Source: Dipteris shenzhenensis
Lineage: Eukaryota
NCBI GenBank assembly: GCA_047967505.1
Contig: CM106538.1
Direction: 5' to 3' (one strand)
DNA length: 64,000 nucleotides
Positions 11,687-24,800 of this stretch are shown piece after piece (position 1 is the first letter of the stretch; each line of letters opens with the position of its first letter). Below the pieces are notes generated by a model. It was not told the DNA's origin. It did not search any database and saw nothing but the letters and a program-made list of their open reading frames with translations. The position numbers and the translations under genes were made by a program.

Positions 11687-13789
11687 CAGGGGGGGGAGGG
11701 GAGGGGGGGATAGATGGATGGATCTACAACCTACCCACTAAAGTTTCATCATAGAAAATGTTACTTGAAGTCTTAGTGTTCTTTGGTCACTTCCCAAGAA
11801 AGCTAGACTCATGGTTGGCATGCATATTGTTAGCCAATGCTACCCTACAAAATGTAGCTTGTGTTATTAACTAGTGTTTGGGCATTAATTGATCTTTGTT
11901 GGTTCTAAGTATATTTTATCACTAAATGAAATGTATTATCATTATTATCCCCACACACTAGTAGCAAGTACTTGCACCACCTCATAGCTACCCAAATCAA
12001 TCATCTCATTCATATAATGAGCATGCAATATCCCCCCCCACTCAACAACTACTTTTAGCATGCCCTAGACCTAAGATTTCCATGGTAGGGCCATCGAATA
12101 ATTCCACCCTTATTTTAATTATTTCACTCACCACCACTGATTGTGCTTGGTACATGCACATGTCTCAAGGTTGTTTCCGACTATGAGAAGGTAAGTTGAC
12201 TGTCTTGATACCATGGAAGGGATTACATGAAAAATTCATTTTGTACAACCATAAAAGCTAAGTACTTAAAACATGCAATAAATGGAGATAAAGATAATGA
12301 TCCCCTTCTAAACCCTTGGATGTATTCCTATTTTAATAAGCCAAATTTCGGCCCTATTTCACAAAAAAAAGAACCTACTCGTTTCACGGACATTGTGCGA
12401 CTCTTTTAAAGTAGTATAGCATGGGCCTCGACCAACCTCACATAGTAAATTTGGCTTTTGTACCTAGGAGTCCCTATTTGTAAGGAATGGTTAAAGCACT
12501 CAATACCATACACCCCTATCCTTGTTCATTTGAGCTCTTTCACATTGTTGTCACTACCCTACAATCACCCCTCTTGTGTCATTTTCTTTTCTATGCCTTT
12601 ACTTTGCAACCTTAGTTCATCATATTTCCCTTTCTACCATGAAACCCATGCCCTAATTGTCTTTTAAATAAATTATGCACTAAAGCATATGCATGTTATT
12701 CTTGCACATCTATGCTCATCAAAATTTCCCACTAAGTTGCCAATTTCTACCTCAATGACTCTTTGCATAGGATTTCTACTAAAAATTTAGATTAAAAAGG
12801 TCACTTCAAATCATAGATATCACTCACTATGTGGAGTATTAATCATAAGTTTAACATTAATAAAGAAAAATAGTCATGGTGCTATCTTTTATCAAGGATA
12901 TGCCTAGCTTCTTGAGTAAATGACATCTCTATTTTTGCCTTCCATTTTACCTTACAATTAATTATGAGCATTTATCAATCTTTTTTTGCTCATTCACTTT
13001 GTGGTGTGGTCTCACTGCACCTTATCCCTCTCAAGAATTCCAAACAACTCACATAAGCACTCAATGGACACAATGAAGATAGTATTACTCATAAAAAGGA
13101 GATGAAGGGGACAAATCACAACTATGGACACGATGAAGACTCTATTACTCAATGATAGGAGGTGAGGGGGAGGGGGAGGGACCCTTGTTTAATGAGTCTA
13201 GGTGTCCATGAAACGCTCAAAAACTAGCTATAATGGATAAGATGTCCACACTAAGAACCCTTTACTACAATGTCCCTCACTATGGGCTAACAAAAAAGAG
13301 TAATATTTGAAGTTACAAAGAGAAAACTAGTTCTAGTGAGAGAATATAACTAGAGTTGCATGACGGGATGACTCTTTAGCATAAAACATAGAAAGACTAT
13401 GGATTCATGAGCATTTAGCAAAAAATGTAGATGCCATTTCTCAAGGACCTTGTCAAAGACTTCAAACCAATTTGACTTAGGCTATTTCTTCAAACTTCAT
13501 AGTTGCTTTTATTGCTACAAGTTGTGTATTTATGTCTTTGATCCTTACATAGGCATGAGCAATTTCATGTGTTGAAAGTTTGATTTCTTACTGTCAAGAT
13601 TCTAGAAGTATTCTTTATGGATCACGCCACATGTTGGGAGTGGGGGAGACCCCCCCCCCCAAAAAAAACATGGGATGGGCCAATGTTAGAGGGGGAAGGG
13701 GGGGGGGGGGGGGCTACTCTCTCTCTCCCCACTTCCCCCTCTCCCAACTCCCCCCTCCCTTGCCGTCCCTCTCCCCTCCTCTCTGCTAC

Positions 13790-13983
13790 CCACTCCCCCC
13801 CCAACATGTGGTGCACACCACATATTGAGGGGGGGGGGGGGAGAGTAGGGAAAGGGAGAGGCAAGAGGAGGGAGAGGAGGAAAGGGGAGAGCAGAGAGGA
13901 GGAAAAAGGCATAGGTGGAGGAGGGAAAGGGATAGGAGGGGAAGGGAGTGACGTGAGAGAGATGAGGTGAGGGGAGAGGCAAC

Positions 13984-14050
<67 letters not shown>

Positions 14051-14144
14051 AGGGGAGATGAGGGGAGGGGAGAGGTGATGAGAGAGAGAGGGGGGGGAAG
14101 GAGAGAGGTGATTTGAGAGAGATAGAGAGAGGAGGGGAGAGGAG

Positions 14145-14187
<43 letters not shown>

Positions 14188-14674
14188 GGGGGGGGGGGAG
14201 GGGAAAGGTGATATGAGGTGATGAGAGGAGAGAGAGGAGGGGAGGGGTTGGGAGATGTGATCGACGTGATAGAGAGGAGGGGAGCAGAGAGGGGTGGGGA
14301 GAGGGGAGGAGCGACATGAGAGAGAGGAAGGGAGAGGTGGGTGATAGGAGTTGAGAGAGACGAGGGAAGGGGGGGAGAGATTAGAGAGGGGGGGGAAGTC
14401 AAGGAGAGGAGAGAGAGGGATGCAACAAAGGGAGGATAGTTTCCCGCCATCCCTCTCTCCCCTCTCCTTGACTCCCCTCCCCTCTTCTCTCTTCCCCCTT
14501 CCCTCCTCTCTCTAAACTCCCATCACTCACCTATCCCCTTCTCTCTCTCTCTCATGTCCCCCCTTCCCCTCCCCTCCCCTCTCACCTTCCCTCCTTTCTC
14601 TCGCGTTTCTTAACTCTCCACTCCCCGCCCTTCCCCGCCTCTCCCTCTCTCTCATTGCCTCTCCTCTCCCCTCA

Positions 14675-14715
<41 letters not shown>

Positions 14716-14729
14716 GTTGCTCACCTCTC

Positions 14730-14782
<53 letters not shown>

Positions 14783-14955
14783 GTTGCTCACCTCTCCCCT
14801 CCCCTCCCCTCCTCTCCCTTTCCCTCCTCCTCCTCTCCCTCTCCCCTATTGTCTCCTCTCCCCTCTCCTCCTCTCCCTCCTCTTGCTTCTCCCTTTCTCT
14901 ATTCGCCCCCCCCCCCCTTTCTCAACATCTAGCATGCACCACATATTGGGGGGAG
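13790..14955. repeat. Long imperfect inverted repeat (GA-rich arm / CT-rich arm)
   Basis: Non-repetitive landmarks pair symmetrically around a ~25-nt loop at ~14423-14447: gagggatg/catccctc, agtcaaggagag/ctctccttgact, gcaacatgagag/ctctcatgttgc, aacatgtggtgca/tgcaccacatatt. Confidence 0.8.
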
Positions 14956-15691
14956 GAGGGGCTTCCCCCCTCGCCCCATGGCTCACGCCACATGTTAGGG
15001 AGGGAGGGGGGGTTAGGGAGGAGGCTCCCCCTTTCCTAACATGTGGAGTGAGCCATATGTTGGGGGGAGGGGGGGCAACATATGGCTCATGCCACATGTT
15101 GGGAGGGGGGAAGCACCCCCCCTCTCCCCTTAAACATGTGGCATGAGCCATATGTTGGGGGGGGGGGGGGATTTGCTTTCTCTTCCCACTTTCACCTCTC
15201 CTTCTCCCTCTCCCTCTTCTAACTCCCCGCTCCCTCACCTTTCCTCTTTCTTTCCTCTCCTTTTCGCTCCCCAATTTCCCTCTCCCTACTTCCCCCTCAC
15301 TCCCTCCCTCTTCCCCTTATTATACCCAGATGTGTGGGGGAGACCACCCAAAAAAAGGAAATTTTAAGTTTTTTCACATTTGTATGTTTTAACCAAATCT
15401 ATACCCAAAAATGAGTGTTATCAAAACATGTCCCATTTTGATTTTTTAAACCAAATAAATTGCAAGAAATGAGGGGTTTTCCAAAAAAGTTTCTAGATTT
15501 TTTAAATTTTTAAATTTTTGTCCCTAAAAACATATTTTCACATCTTTTTTTTTTCCCATTTTATACCTCAAAATGGGGTTTTTTAGATTGTTCACATTTT
15601 GATTTTTTTAAAGAAATTAACATTAAAAAATGGGAGTTTTTCAAAAAATGCTTGTAGAATTTGATTTGTCTTCTAATTTTATACCATTAAA

Positions 15692-15851
15692 TTAGGGTTT
15701 AGGGTTTAGATCTTAAACAAAGTAACTTATTTTTTATTTTAGGGTTTAGGGTTTGGCTTTTAGGATTGAGGGTTTAGCTAGGGTTTAGAGTTTAGCCTTT
15801 ATGGTTTAGGGTTTAAGTATAGGATTTAGGGTTCAGGGATTAGGGTTTAGG
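15692..15851 (+). repeat. Degenerate interstitial plant telomere-like (TTTAGGG)n tract
   Basis: Repeated ttagggt/tttagggt units with variants (tttagag, tttatgg, ttcaggg). Confidence 0.75.
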
Positions 15852-16214
15852 TAAGACAAGAAGGGAATATGCATGTCCAACCATGCAAATGATATCCAAT
15901 GGGTATGTCGCTTTGCATATGCCTTAATCTTACTCATATTAAGGCTTTTTTAAAGTATCATGTCCATCAAAGATGCATACATAGGCTCAAAGTACATTGA
16001 TGCATGATTCATGGTAATGAACTAGAAAATATGCATGTCCAACCATGCAAATAATATCTAATGGGTATGATAGCTTGTACAGCCCTTAATCTCACATTTA
16101 CTACTCAATTAATAAACAATAAGATTAATTAGTACATAGATAAGAAATAATTTAATAAATAATTAAGGAGGTATTTAAGAACAAAAAGTATTTAATATTC
16201 ATAGATCAAAAAAT

Positions 16215-19200
16215 TGTTGGAGCTGCGGTGAGAGCTAAGGTTCCCCCCATGGATGCACGCTGCTCTTTTAGGAAAAGGTGTTATTGCATAACCATGCAGG
16301 CTAGCAGCAGTGATTGCGAGGGATGTGCGCGGATAGGTTAGTTGCAACAGTTGGTGGTTCAGGCCTTCAAGTGGTTCAGGTCTTCAACGGTCTCTAACCG
16401 AGTCAGTTCTTGTACACATGCTATTACTAGCATTCTGTCTCTATTCTTTCCATGTTATATGAGCTCTTGCTCCGAGATGTACAGAGTTACAGAGTATTGT
16501 GATCATCTTATCATGTTCTTTGTATTCTTTCGGTAGAAGTTGCACTGTTTATTCATTTGTATTTCCCCGTAGCGTCTGCGCTGTATTATGACGCTACACA
16601 TTGGCGATCACGATGTGCATTCTTAGTATGCACGAAAGGAATTCACGATTTGGTGAGTAACCTACTTCTAGTAGGGTGTTTGCGAGCCCATGTCATACTC
16701 TCCCTAATGCAATTGTGGAGGCACGTCGCATGGAAGGTTGTGCACATCGGCACGCACTCAGGCAGTGTTGCAAGAGGAGATTGCAGCGGTGAGGCGTCAC
16801 ATTTGCAAATTTTGAGATGAGCTCCATCAGATGCAAACAGACCCACAACATCCTGCTTATGGTCAGGCAAGTGCCAAAATCGCTGTGAAGAACCTGATCT
16901 AGTGGTCTTGGGAGCACATTTTGCACTTGTTATCTGCACAACTGGTAGACATGCATGCGAACACGTTCACAGGGTCCTCCTAATCCTTTGACACCAACGA
17001 CACAATTACGATGAAGGAGGAGTGACCTACGGATGGCTTTGGCTACAATGGATCGGACACAAACGGGACTCGTGGTGGTCGTGGCACAAGCGGTGCGAGT
17101 GGGAGAGGCTCTGCATGGCAGAGTGGCCAAGAAACATAAGTCCTCAAAAAGCAAAGCCAAGAAGAAATCAGTGAAATCTAAGAAGTTAGATGATATCAAT
17201 CAATATTTGGAAGATGACAATTCCGAAGAGATCCCTGAAGAAACCAGTACTAAGGAGTTCGACTCGGAAGCGGAGAATAAGACCCGGAAAGCCTCGAAAG
17301 GGGGAAAGGTCACTCTACGGGCTTCCAGAGATGGATTGGTTGTCAAAGGTTTGAAAGGCTTATGGTGCACTCACTACCGGAATCCAGGACATTTAGCAAT
17401 GGAGTGTGCCCTCAATGAGAAATGGTGTATGATCTACTTGACCAACACCCACAACACAGTGGGGTGCCACTATAACAGTCGCAGCAACCAACGCGCAATT
17501 GGTCAATTGTAATGGCCTGATTCTGCTGAGAAGGATCTCGACACATCCTACATGCAAGAGGAACACCCCCAATCGACATTCCTCTTGCCAAAATCAACCG
17601 AAAACATGCTTGTTCTGCTTGGGAGAAGGCCATTGGCGGAATGAATTCCTGGACACTCAAGAATGGGATTAACAATGATCAGAGCAGGAAAAGTTGATAG
17701 GGAAGATGCCGAGTACCTCCACGGTGCACATTGTGGAGGATTACCCGTCGGTATGCTTGGAAATTAGTATAATCACTCGTGTAGGTACAAAGCTATAGGG
17801 GATGACCACACAAAGAAAGGTGGCAAGTTGATGGCCAGTACAGGGGCAAGTGTGATGGCAAGTCCTAGATTTGGTGGCAGAGGAGCCACCCTTGATGAAG
17901 TCAGATGAGCCTGAAAAGGCACCCGAAGAATCATGCAAGGTGCACTTTGCGGAGCCGGTTGTTCAACTGGAGCCGAAGATTGCACAAGGAAAGTTCAAAC
18001 TTCATTTACTAAGAAACAATCCAAAGGTTGTTGAAGCAGATCCACTATTGGTGGGCTAATCAAGCCAAGAAGCGGGCAACTTCTCCACAAAGGGAGCCAA
18101 GAATGGGATTCATTCTGGAAGAACCGATCCAGATTTTGATGGGTAGATTGCTCAACTTGGTACTCGGATTCCATCGTCAATTGTTGCACTCCCTCCACAA
18201 GGAGTCGGAGCCGAAAGAGGTGGATTTGCTGATTCTTCTTCGATACCGACAGTGTCTCTCATAGATATGAGAATTTTGGTGGTTAATGCAAAAGCACAAG
18301 GCCGGACATTTGAACAAGTTCTGGTGAACGAAGGTTTGGGAGTCAACATCGTCACACCTTAAAGACATGCCAGGAAATGGGATGGATCTCATGGGAACCG
18401 ATGCCATTCCTAGTTCGCATGGTGGATCACCACCGAGTAGACCACTCGGGATCTTACGAGCAATGGTCTTGGAGGTTGCTGGCATTTTATTCGTGGTCTC
18501 ATTTGTGGTACTACCAAAATGTCATCTCCGTGCGGAGAGGCAAGAAGAAGGTGTGGGTCGTAATGGGAGTGACAGCACCCTTGGTAGGTGTTGTATGACC
18601 AGTGTTGGCATAGACCATGAATATTGCTGATGGTCTGGAGGATGAGGAGGAGGAGGCATTCCTCAAAGCTAACCCTGGTCGTCCCGATATTCACAGTGGA
18701 TGTGGAAGGCATTACGGAGCATTACTTGCATCAGAATTTTTTTGCGGGTTCCATCGACAAAGTCCAAGAGAAGGTGGTTGAGTAGCACAACAAGCGGCAG
18801 CCGACATGGATTTGCAAGATCTCCTATAGCAGCAGGAGTAGGAATTCAAGGAACAAATGAGCCGAATCACATAGGTGCAAGAAGATGTGTTGGATACGGT
18901 CTTTCTGGGGGATGATGGTGCATCCAAACCAATAAAAATTAGCATTTTGCTAATAGCCGAATTCCGAAGCGAATTGATAGCACTGCTAAAGGATTTCTCC
19001 AATGCATTTGCTTGGGACTATGCTGACATGAAGGGATTGGATAAAATTTTTTACCACCATCGGGTCAATTTGAGCCGGATGCGACTCCGACCAAGACACT
19101 GCGGTATTGCATGAATCCGCATGTGGCCAAACAAGTGCGAGAGGAGTTGGAGCGCATATAGAGGGTGAGATTCATAGCACCGATTGAGAATCTGGAGTGG

Positions 19201-19945
19201 ATCTCACCTATTGTTATAGTCCCAAAGAAATATAAAAAATTACGTATTTGTGTGGATTATTGTAAGTTGAATGTGGCCATGGTACCAAACCCTTTCCTCT
19301 ACCATACATGGATTTCATGCTGTGGATGAAGTGGTGGGTCATGAGGTGTGCTCATTTTTGGATGGGTATAGTGGATATAATCAAATTAGGATGGCTTTGG
19401 AAGACAAGCCAAAGATAGCATTCATCACGTCATAGGGAGTCTATGTGTGTACAGTCATCTGGTTCGGATTGCGGAATTCTCCCTCCACATTTCAAAGAGC
19501 AATGCATGAAATTTTTGGCTCATACTTGATGGAGTTCATGCGGATCTTCCTGGATGACCCCAACGTGTTTGAAACCTTCACCGAGCACCTGGAGCATTTG
19601 CGGAAGTGTTTCCAATGATGCAGGGAGGTGTCTTATAGTTTGAACCCCATGAAATGCGCATTCGTGGTATGTAGTGGGCGACTCTTGGGTCACATCATCT
19701 CGACGGAGGGAATTGCGATGGATCCAGACAAGGTGTCCATGATCATGCAAGCGCCTACAACAACGATGCCTAAATAGTGCTTGCAGTTCTTGGGGCAGAT
19801 CCAATGGCACGACAGACATTTGTAGTTCCTAGCTCATATGGCGATTCCCTTGAATGCACTCACTCATGTGGAGCCGAAGGCAGTTTTGTGGATTGAGGAA
19901 TGTGGCAAAGCATACCGACAACTCAAAATCTGACTCAAGACTCGA
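16215..19945 (+). mobile_element. Decayed, 3'-truncated Ty3/gypsy (Athila/Tat-like) retrotransposon
   Basis: Knuckle-like CTHYRNPGHLAMEC (~17366-17410) and protease-like VLVNEGLGVNI (~18318-18350). RT motifs: LLKDFSNAFAWDYADMKG, WISPIVIVPKK..KLRICVDY.KLN, FLDGYSGYNQI, FGLRNSPSTFQRAM, IFLDD, LNPMKCAF..LLGHIIS, with many stops and frameshifts. The 5' boundary (TGTTGG at ~16215) is tentative. No integrase or 3' LTR found. Confidence 0.8.
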
Positions 19946-21859
19946 TGGTGATTTCATGCTCGGATTGAGAGAGGGATGAAGAGACATCGGTGCATCACGT
20001 CTGAGGTTTCTGAGGAGGTGCAGATGAATGACAAGACTGGTGAACCGAACCAGCTACTACTACCTAACCAAGTGGACAAGGGGTGACATGTGAGATCTGA
20101 GACAAATCCCAAGATCTCCTGCCCTAATGACTCGCGTGTAAAACCTGAGGATTTTTTCTCGTATGTTGAGGCCCTGTCTAGTGTTCCCCAAGGAGGGTTT
20201 TCTCTGTTATCGGTTGTGGCTGTGGAAGCCTTTCTTAAGAAAGAACTGGAATGGAGAGCTAGGGAAATTGAGAGGAAGGGGCTTTTGGACAACGGCAAAG
20301 TGGATGGGGTGGTGTGCGAGGTCCCATTCAATTTGGTCAAGCCAGAGTTTGAAAGACTTGCCAGGGGAGGATTGTTTGTATTTTTGAGCACTGGGAGCAG
20401 CTCAGTTATGCTTTCACCCATTGTTTGGTATTCCATTAGGTATATATCGACCATTAAAAAGTATGGTAACGGTCGGTCTATACCGACCTTTTTTAAACCC
20501 ACCGTAAGGACCGATGATTAGTGCACCGTGCACACTAAACATCGGTGCTTAATCATCAAAACAAGGCCTATGTGTAGTACTGAGCGCTTATAGGCATATG
20601 GCAATTTAAACTAAGGAACCACCTAGATCATGCTATTTTTTGAGTTTTATCCAACAAAAAGTTATAGAGCTAGAAAGATAAGCACTTCTTCTTTTTATAG
20701 CAAGGTGAAATTCCTTCTCAAAGTCAAAAGATATGGCCTCTAACATTCTTCATTGAGATAATAATAAAATCAATAGTTTAACGTGCAATATATTGATTTA
20801 CCGTGCGATAACTGCTGTAGCCATGGTGTTGATTAAAATTTTCTACTATCCTGTTTTAATACACCCCTAAAATAATTTAAAAATGTTAAAAATGTTTTAA
20901 TACAACGCATTGAAGCAAAGCTCAAAGATAGCTCCGAAGAGGCCTCCATTGAATGCAAGAACTAGAGTATTCAAAGGAGAATAATCTTGTTGGATCATGG
21001 CTAAGCAGCAAGATGGGAGTGGAACAACCAAAATAAATCTTGTATTTTATTCATGATAGAAGGCCAATATATAGGCACTTGATACATACATGAGACCCAA
21101 GCTCCACTAATTTCTCCATTGATTTCTCAATCAACATCTCTCAATCACACCACACTCCTAGATTCACTCATTCACAACCTACTAACTAACACATCATCAG
21201 TCACACCTAACTCAGGCACACCTATACACACACATGCATTCACACACTCACTCATGTGATCACACTCACAACCACAGACCTTGTAATCCTTGGTATTGAC
21301 CCTAGTACATCAATTTATCCCATCATACCCCCCCACAAATTGATGACCTAGTAGTAGCCCATGGGAAACTTCATGGCTTGCCCACCTCTAGTGACAACAC
21401 TCATGATCCCAACCTGGCACTCACTCTAGTTTGCATCAGTAGACTCATTTGGGCATCCTCACCCCAATAGGATCTCACTCTAACTTTGGTCTCTTGGTTT
21501 ACAATTGCAAGACTGGACAATGACTATGCATGGGGAATTCTCATGGGTCTAACAAGATAAAATCTCAAACATGAGGCTAATAATGATTTAAGGGGGACAT
21601 CCCAGGGCAGAGAACCTTTATTGACCAGAGACATAAACAAATAAGTTAAAAATGCAGGGAAATTCCCCCCCCTTGATGGAAATCTTCTTCTCGTGTCGTT
21701 TCCAAGCCACCATTGTATAAGACTGATAAACTTGCTTGTCCATTGCATTGTACTTGCCAATGTTGACGATGAAGCAAAGCTTTCCTTGTAGGCAAGGTCT
21801 TACCACATGGGCAGTGTCTAATGCCTTACAAGCTTTGACAAATAGACTCAAGAAAGTCG

Positions 21860-24800
21860 TGTCATGACATGATTATCTGTATTAGACCTAGTGGATCATT
21901 CTAGGGAATCTGGTGATTACCCTATGACTGTAACATTGTAAATTGGCCAATTTAATATAATATAATATGCATGCATGCATTAGGTCCTAGGATGGTTAGG
22001 AAAGGGTAGTATTGTGCATGGGTATTGCATTAATCAATGGTAGGCATAAAGAGTCATAGACTAAGGATAGAATAATGGTGTATGCCCAAGGGATGTGATC
22101 CCAAGAGACAAGAGGGTTGCACCCTCTCGTGTCATTCATGGTGTGTGAGTATGGGCATTTGCATGCATATGGATTATGGCTTGAGATAAAATACACTCAC
22201 ATGGGCACTCCTTCCACCCCATTTGGAGGGCCAATCTACCTCAATTTATGCATCATCTACACACACATGTGCATCCCTGCATTCAAGAATGTGACAAGTG
22301 GTATCAGAGCCAAGATCCTCTGACTGTGAGAGCCTGCCATGTGGAAGTTGCAACAGTTGTTGACATCGGCATGAAGTCATCAAGGAGAATCAAGAATCAC
22401 CCATCAAGAAATGACTAGGGGGCTTCCCTTATCCTCTCTGAAAAAAATAAAAATATATGCTTTCTTCTTGCACACGAGTAGGCGAAATAGACATTCTTAA
22501 TCATTAAGAAAGGGGGACGAGCCCACACCATCAATCATGGGCCTTTTGAGCCCTGGCTATAGCAGTTGCCTTAACTAAGGTGGCATTTAGTGTAGGCTAC
22601 TGTGCGTGGCATCGCAGGGGAATAGCCGCCTCATTAACCCCCCGCCATTGCACAGTCCCAAACTCCCTACCACTTGTTGCCTGTGCTGGCAGTGCCCTGT
22701 GCACTACGTAGCCTGTGTGCCATGCGATCCATGCTGCAAACTACCCCAGCCCTACAATTGTCACCTTAACTAAGGCTACAGCTAACTATACGATGTGTGG
22801 CACATGCTATCGCACATAGCATGCACAACCTGTGAGCCGCACATGTGTCGTGTGGCACGCCATGGATAGCAATGACGGGCCCTTGCAACCCAGCCGCATG
22901 TTGACCCCACCAGCTACCTCTACCACCACCACCTCTATTGCCTCTTCCACCACTGCCTCTAACCCTCTATCGCCGTCTGCAACCCCGACAGCCACCTCTA
23001 CCACCGCCGCCTGTGTCCCCTCTGTCGCTACCTATAGCCTGTCATCATTAAGGCCCTTCCCCTCTTTTGATTGTCATTCAGATTTTCCCCCCATATCAGA
23101 ATTTTAAACTCCCCCCTCCCCTTATTTCCCTCTAAGGACCTTTTTCTTTATCCCCCTTGTTTCCCTCTAATTTCCCTTTTCTCTTCCCCCCCCCCCGCTT
23201 TGCAATTTTTATAAAAAAAAGAAAAGGAGGGGCCATTATACATCCCAAGAGTCGAAGAAGCACCTTTGAGTTGCGGCAAGGACGTGGAGTGGGTGCTTCA
23301 TCGAATGGATAAGGGGAGTACCACTATTTTCCGCTCACATTAAATTCATTTTTCTATCACATTCAAATTCATTTCACACACTCGTAGCTCATCAACGAGT
23401 TTAAATTGAAAACTTGATTAGCTCCATTTGCATTTCCAAAACATGGACTATAATCAAGAATTCACACTTGAAAATGTTCCACAACTCACATTAAACCTCA
23501 TGGGAACAACACCTTACACCCCCATCTACCAAAACATATTTGATCCATTAGCCGATAACCCTCAACCACCCACCAAGCCTCCACCAAAAATGCCATCACC
23601 ACCACACTAGCCAAACAATGCAATCCAAGAATTTCTTCAAGGATTGTCAGCAATCATAAGTGATACAATTCAAAGAGAAATGCCCTTAAAAAGGAAATTA
23701 TTTGAGAATCAAGCAGACCCTTTAGAAAACACTAAGAAAAGAAGGTTTGATCATAAGAAGTGGCTTGAGTTTCCAAAGTATGATGGGGCTAGGCATCTGG
23801 AGAAACACCTCGGTTGGATTAGACATTTCCAATTATGCTTTCTACAATTTGATCGCATAGAAAATGAGAAGTTAGCACTAGCTACTCTACATTTAGAGAG
23901 GGATGCACCACTTTGGTAGTCTGTACGCCAATCGAAAAGTAGTACAATCAAGGAGTGGTCTAAATTCTTGGAGGAATTAAAGATGACATTTCTCCCGCTT
24001 AAGTATAAGGAGGATCAAATGTCTAAATGGGAGAAACTACGACAACTTGATAGGGAGACAGTGAGTGAATACACAACAAAATTTTGGCATTTATCTCTAG
24101 AGTTCACAATGAAGACGGAAGATGAGAAATTATATTTGGGTCTTAGACCAAACATCCGACATGAGTTGGAACTCCTAAACCCAACTAAATTAAAGGATGC
24201 CATTAGATTGGCCGAGGCAATGGAAAGGAAAGTCAATCCTAGAATGAGGGAAGTAACACATGAGGCATCAACTTCACAAAGCAGACCCTTTGTTTGATGA
24301 GCTAATTCTAAACGAAATGGACGACTCTTTCCTAGGTGAGCGAGAGTACAAACAATTAGTAGCAAACCAACAGGGAAACCTACTCTAGGTGGATGTGTGA
24401 AACCTCCATTCATGTCTCCTCAAGAAAGGGATAGATTGTTTAAGGAAAGAAAATGTTTTGGATGCAAAAAAGCGACTAATCATAGATTCTATGATTGTTG
24501 AGAGTTAAAGAAGAAGATGGGTAAGACCAATGTAACTAGGGCCTCTCACCCTAAGCAAAAGGGTGAACCTTCTTGTAAAAATATTGAAAATAATAAAAAG
24601 AGCAATAATGCCAGTTTGCATTACACCTTTGGTCGACACGACTTATTTAAGTTACATGGGTATGTTGGGGGTCAACATATCATCATCCTCATGGATGATG
24701 GTTTTGTGAAGAAGAGGGCCTTTGCTAATGTGGCACAAGGATTCACATGCTAACAAGCTTAATCCAAAGTCAAGGAAGTGCATTTTTCTTGGATATGGTG

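Noticed and set aside
12227-12667. LINE RT relic (YLGVPI; GSLSLSPF)
   Set aside because: The two short motif resemblances are on opposite strands and too short to support a call.
14935-15170. CRISPR-like appearance of regularly recurring motifs
   Set aside because: Repeats alternate in orientation, spacers are G/C homopolymers, the context is eukaryotic and there are no cas genes.
13617-15367. Long Pro/Leu/Ser- and Gly/Arg/Glu-rich ORFs (up to 254 aa)
   Set aside because: Artefacts of stop-free GA/CT low-complexity sequence.
20471-20494. Rho-independent terminator
   Set aside because: The shape fits, but this is plant nuclear DNA with no bacterial gene upstream. Kept only as a hairpin observation.
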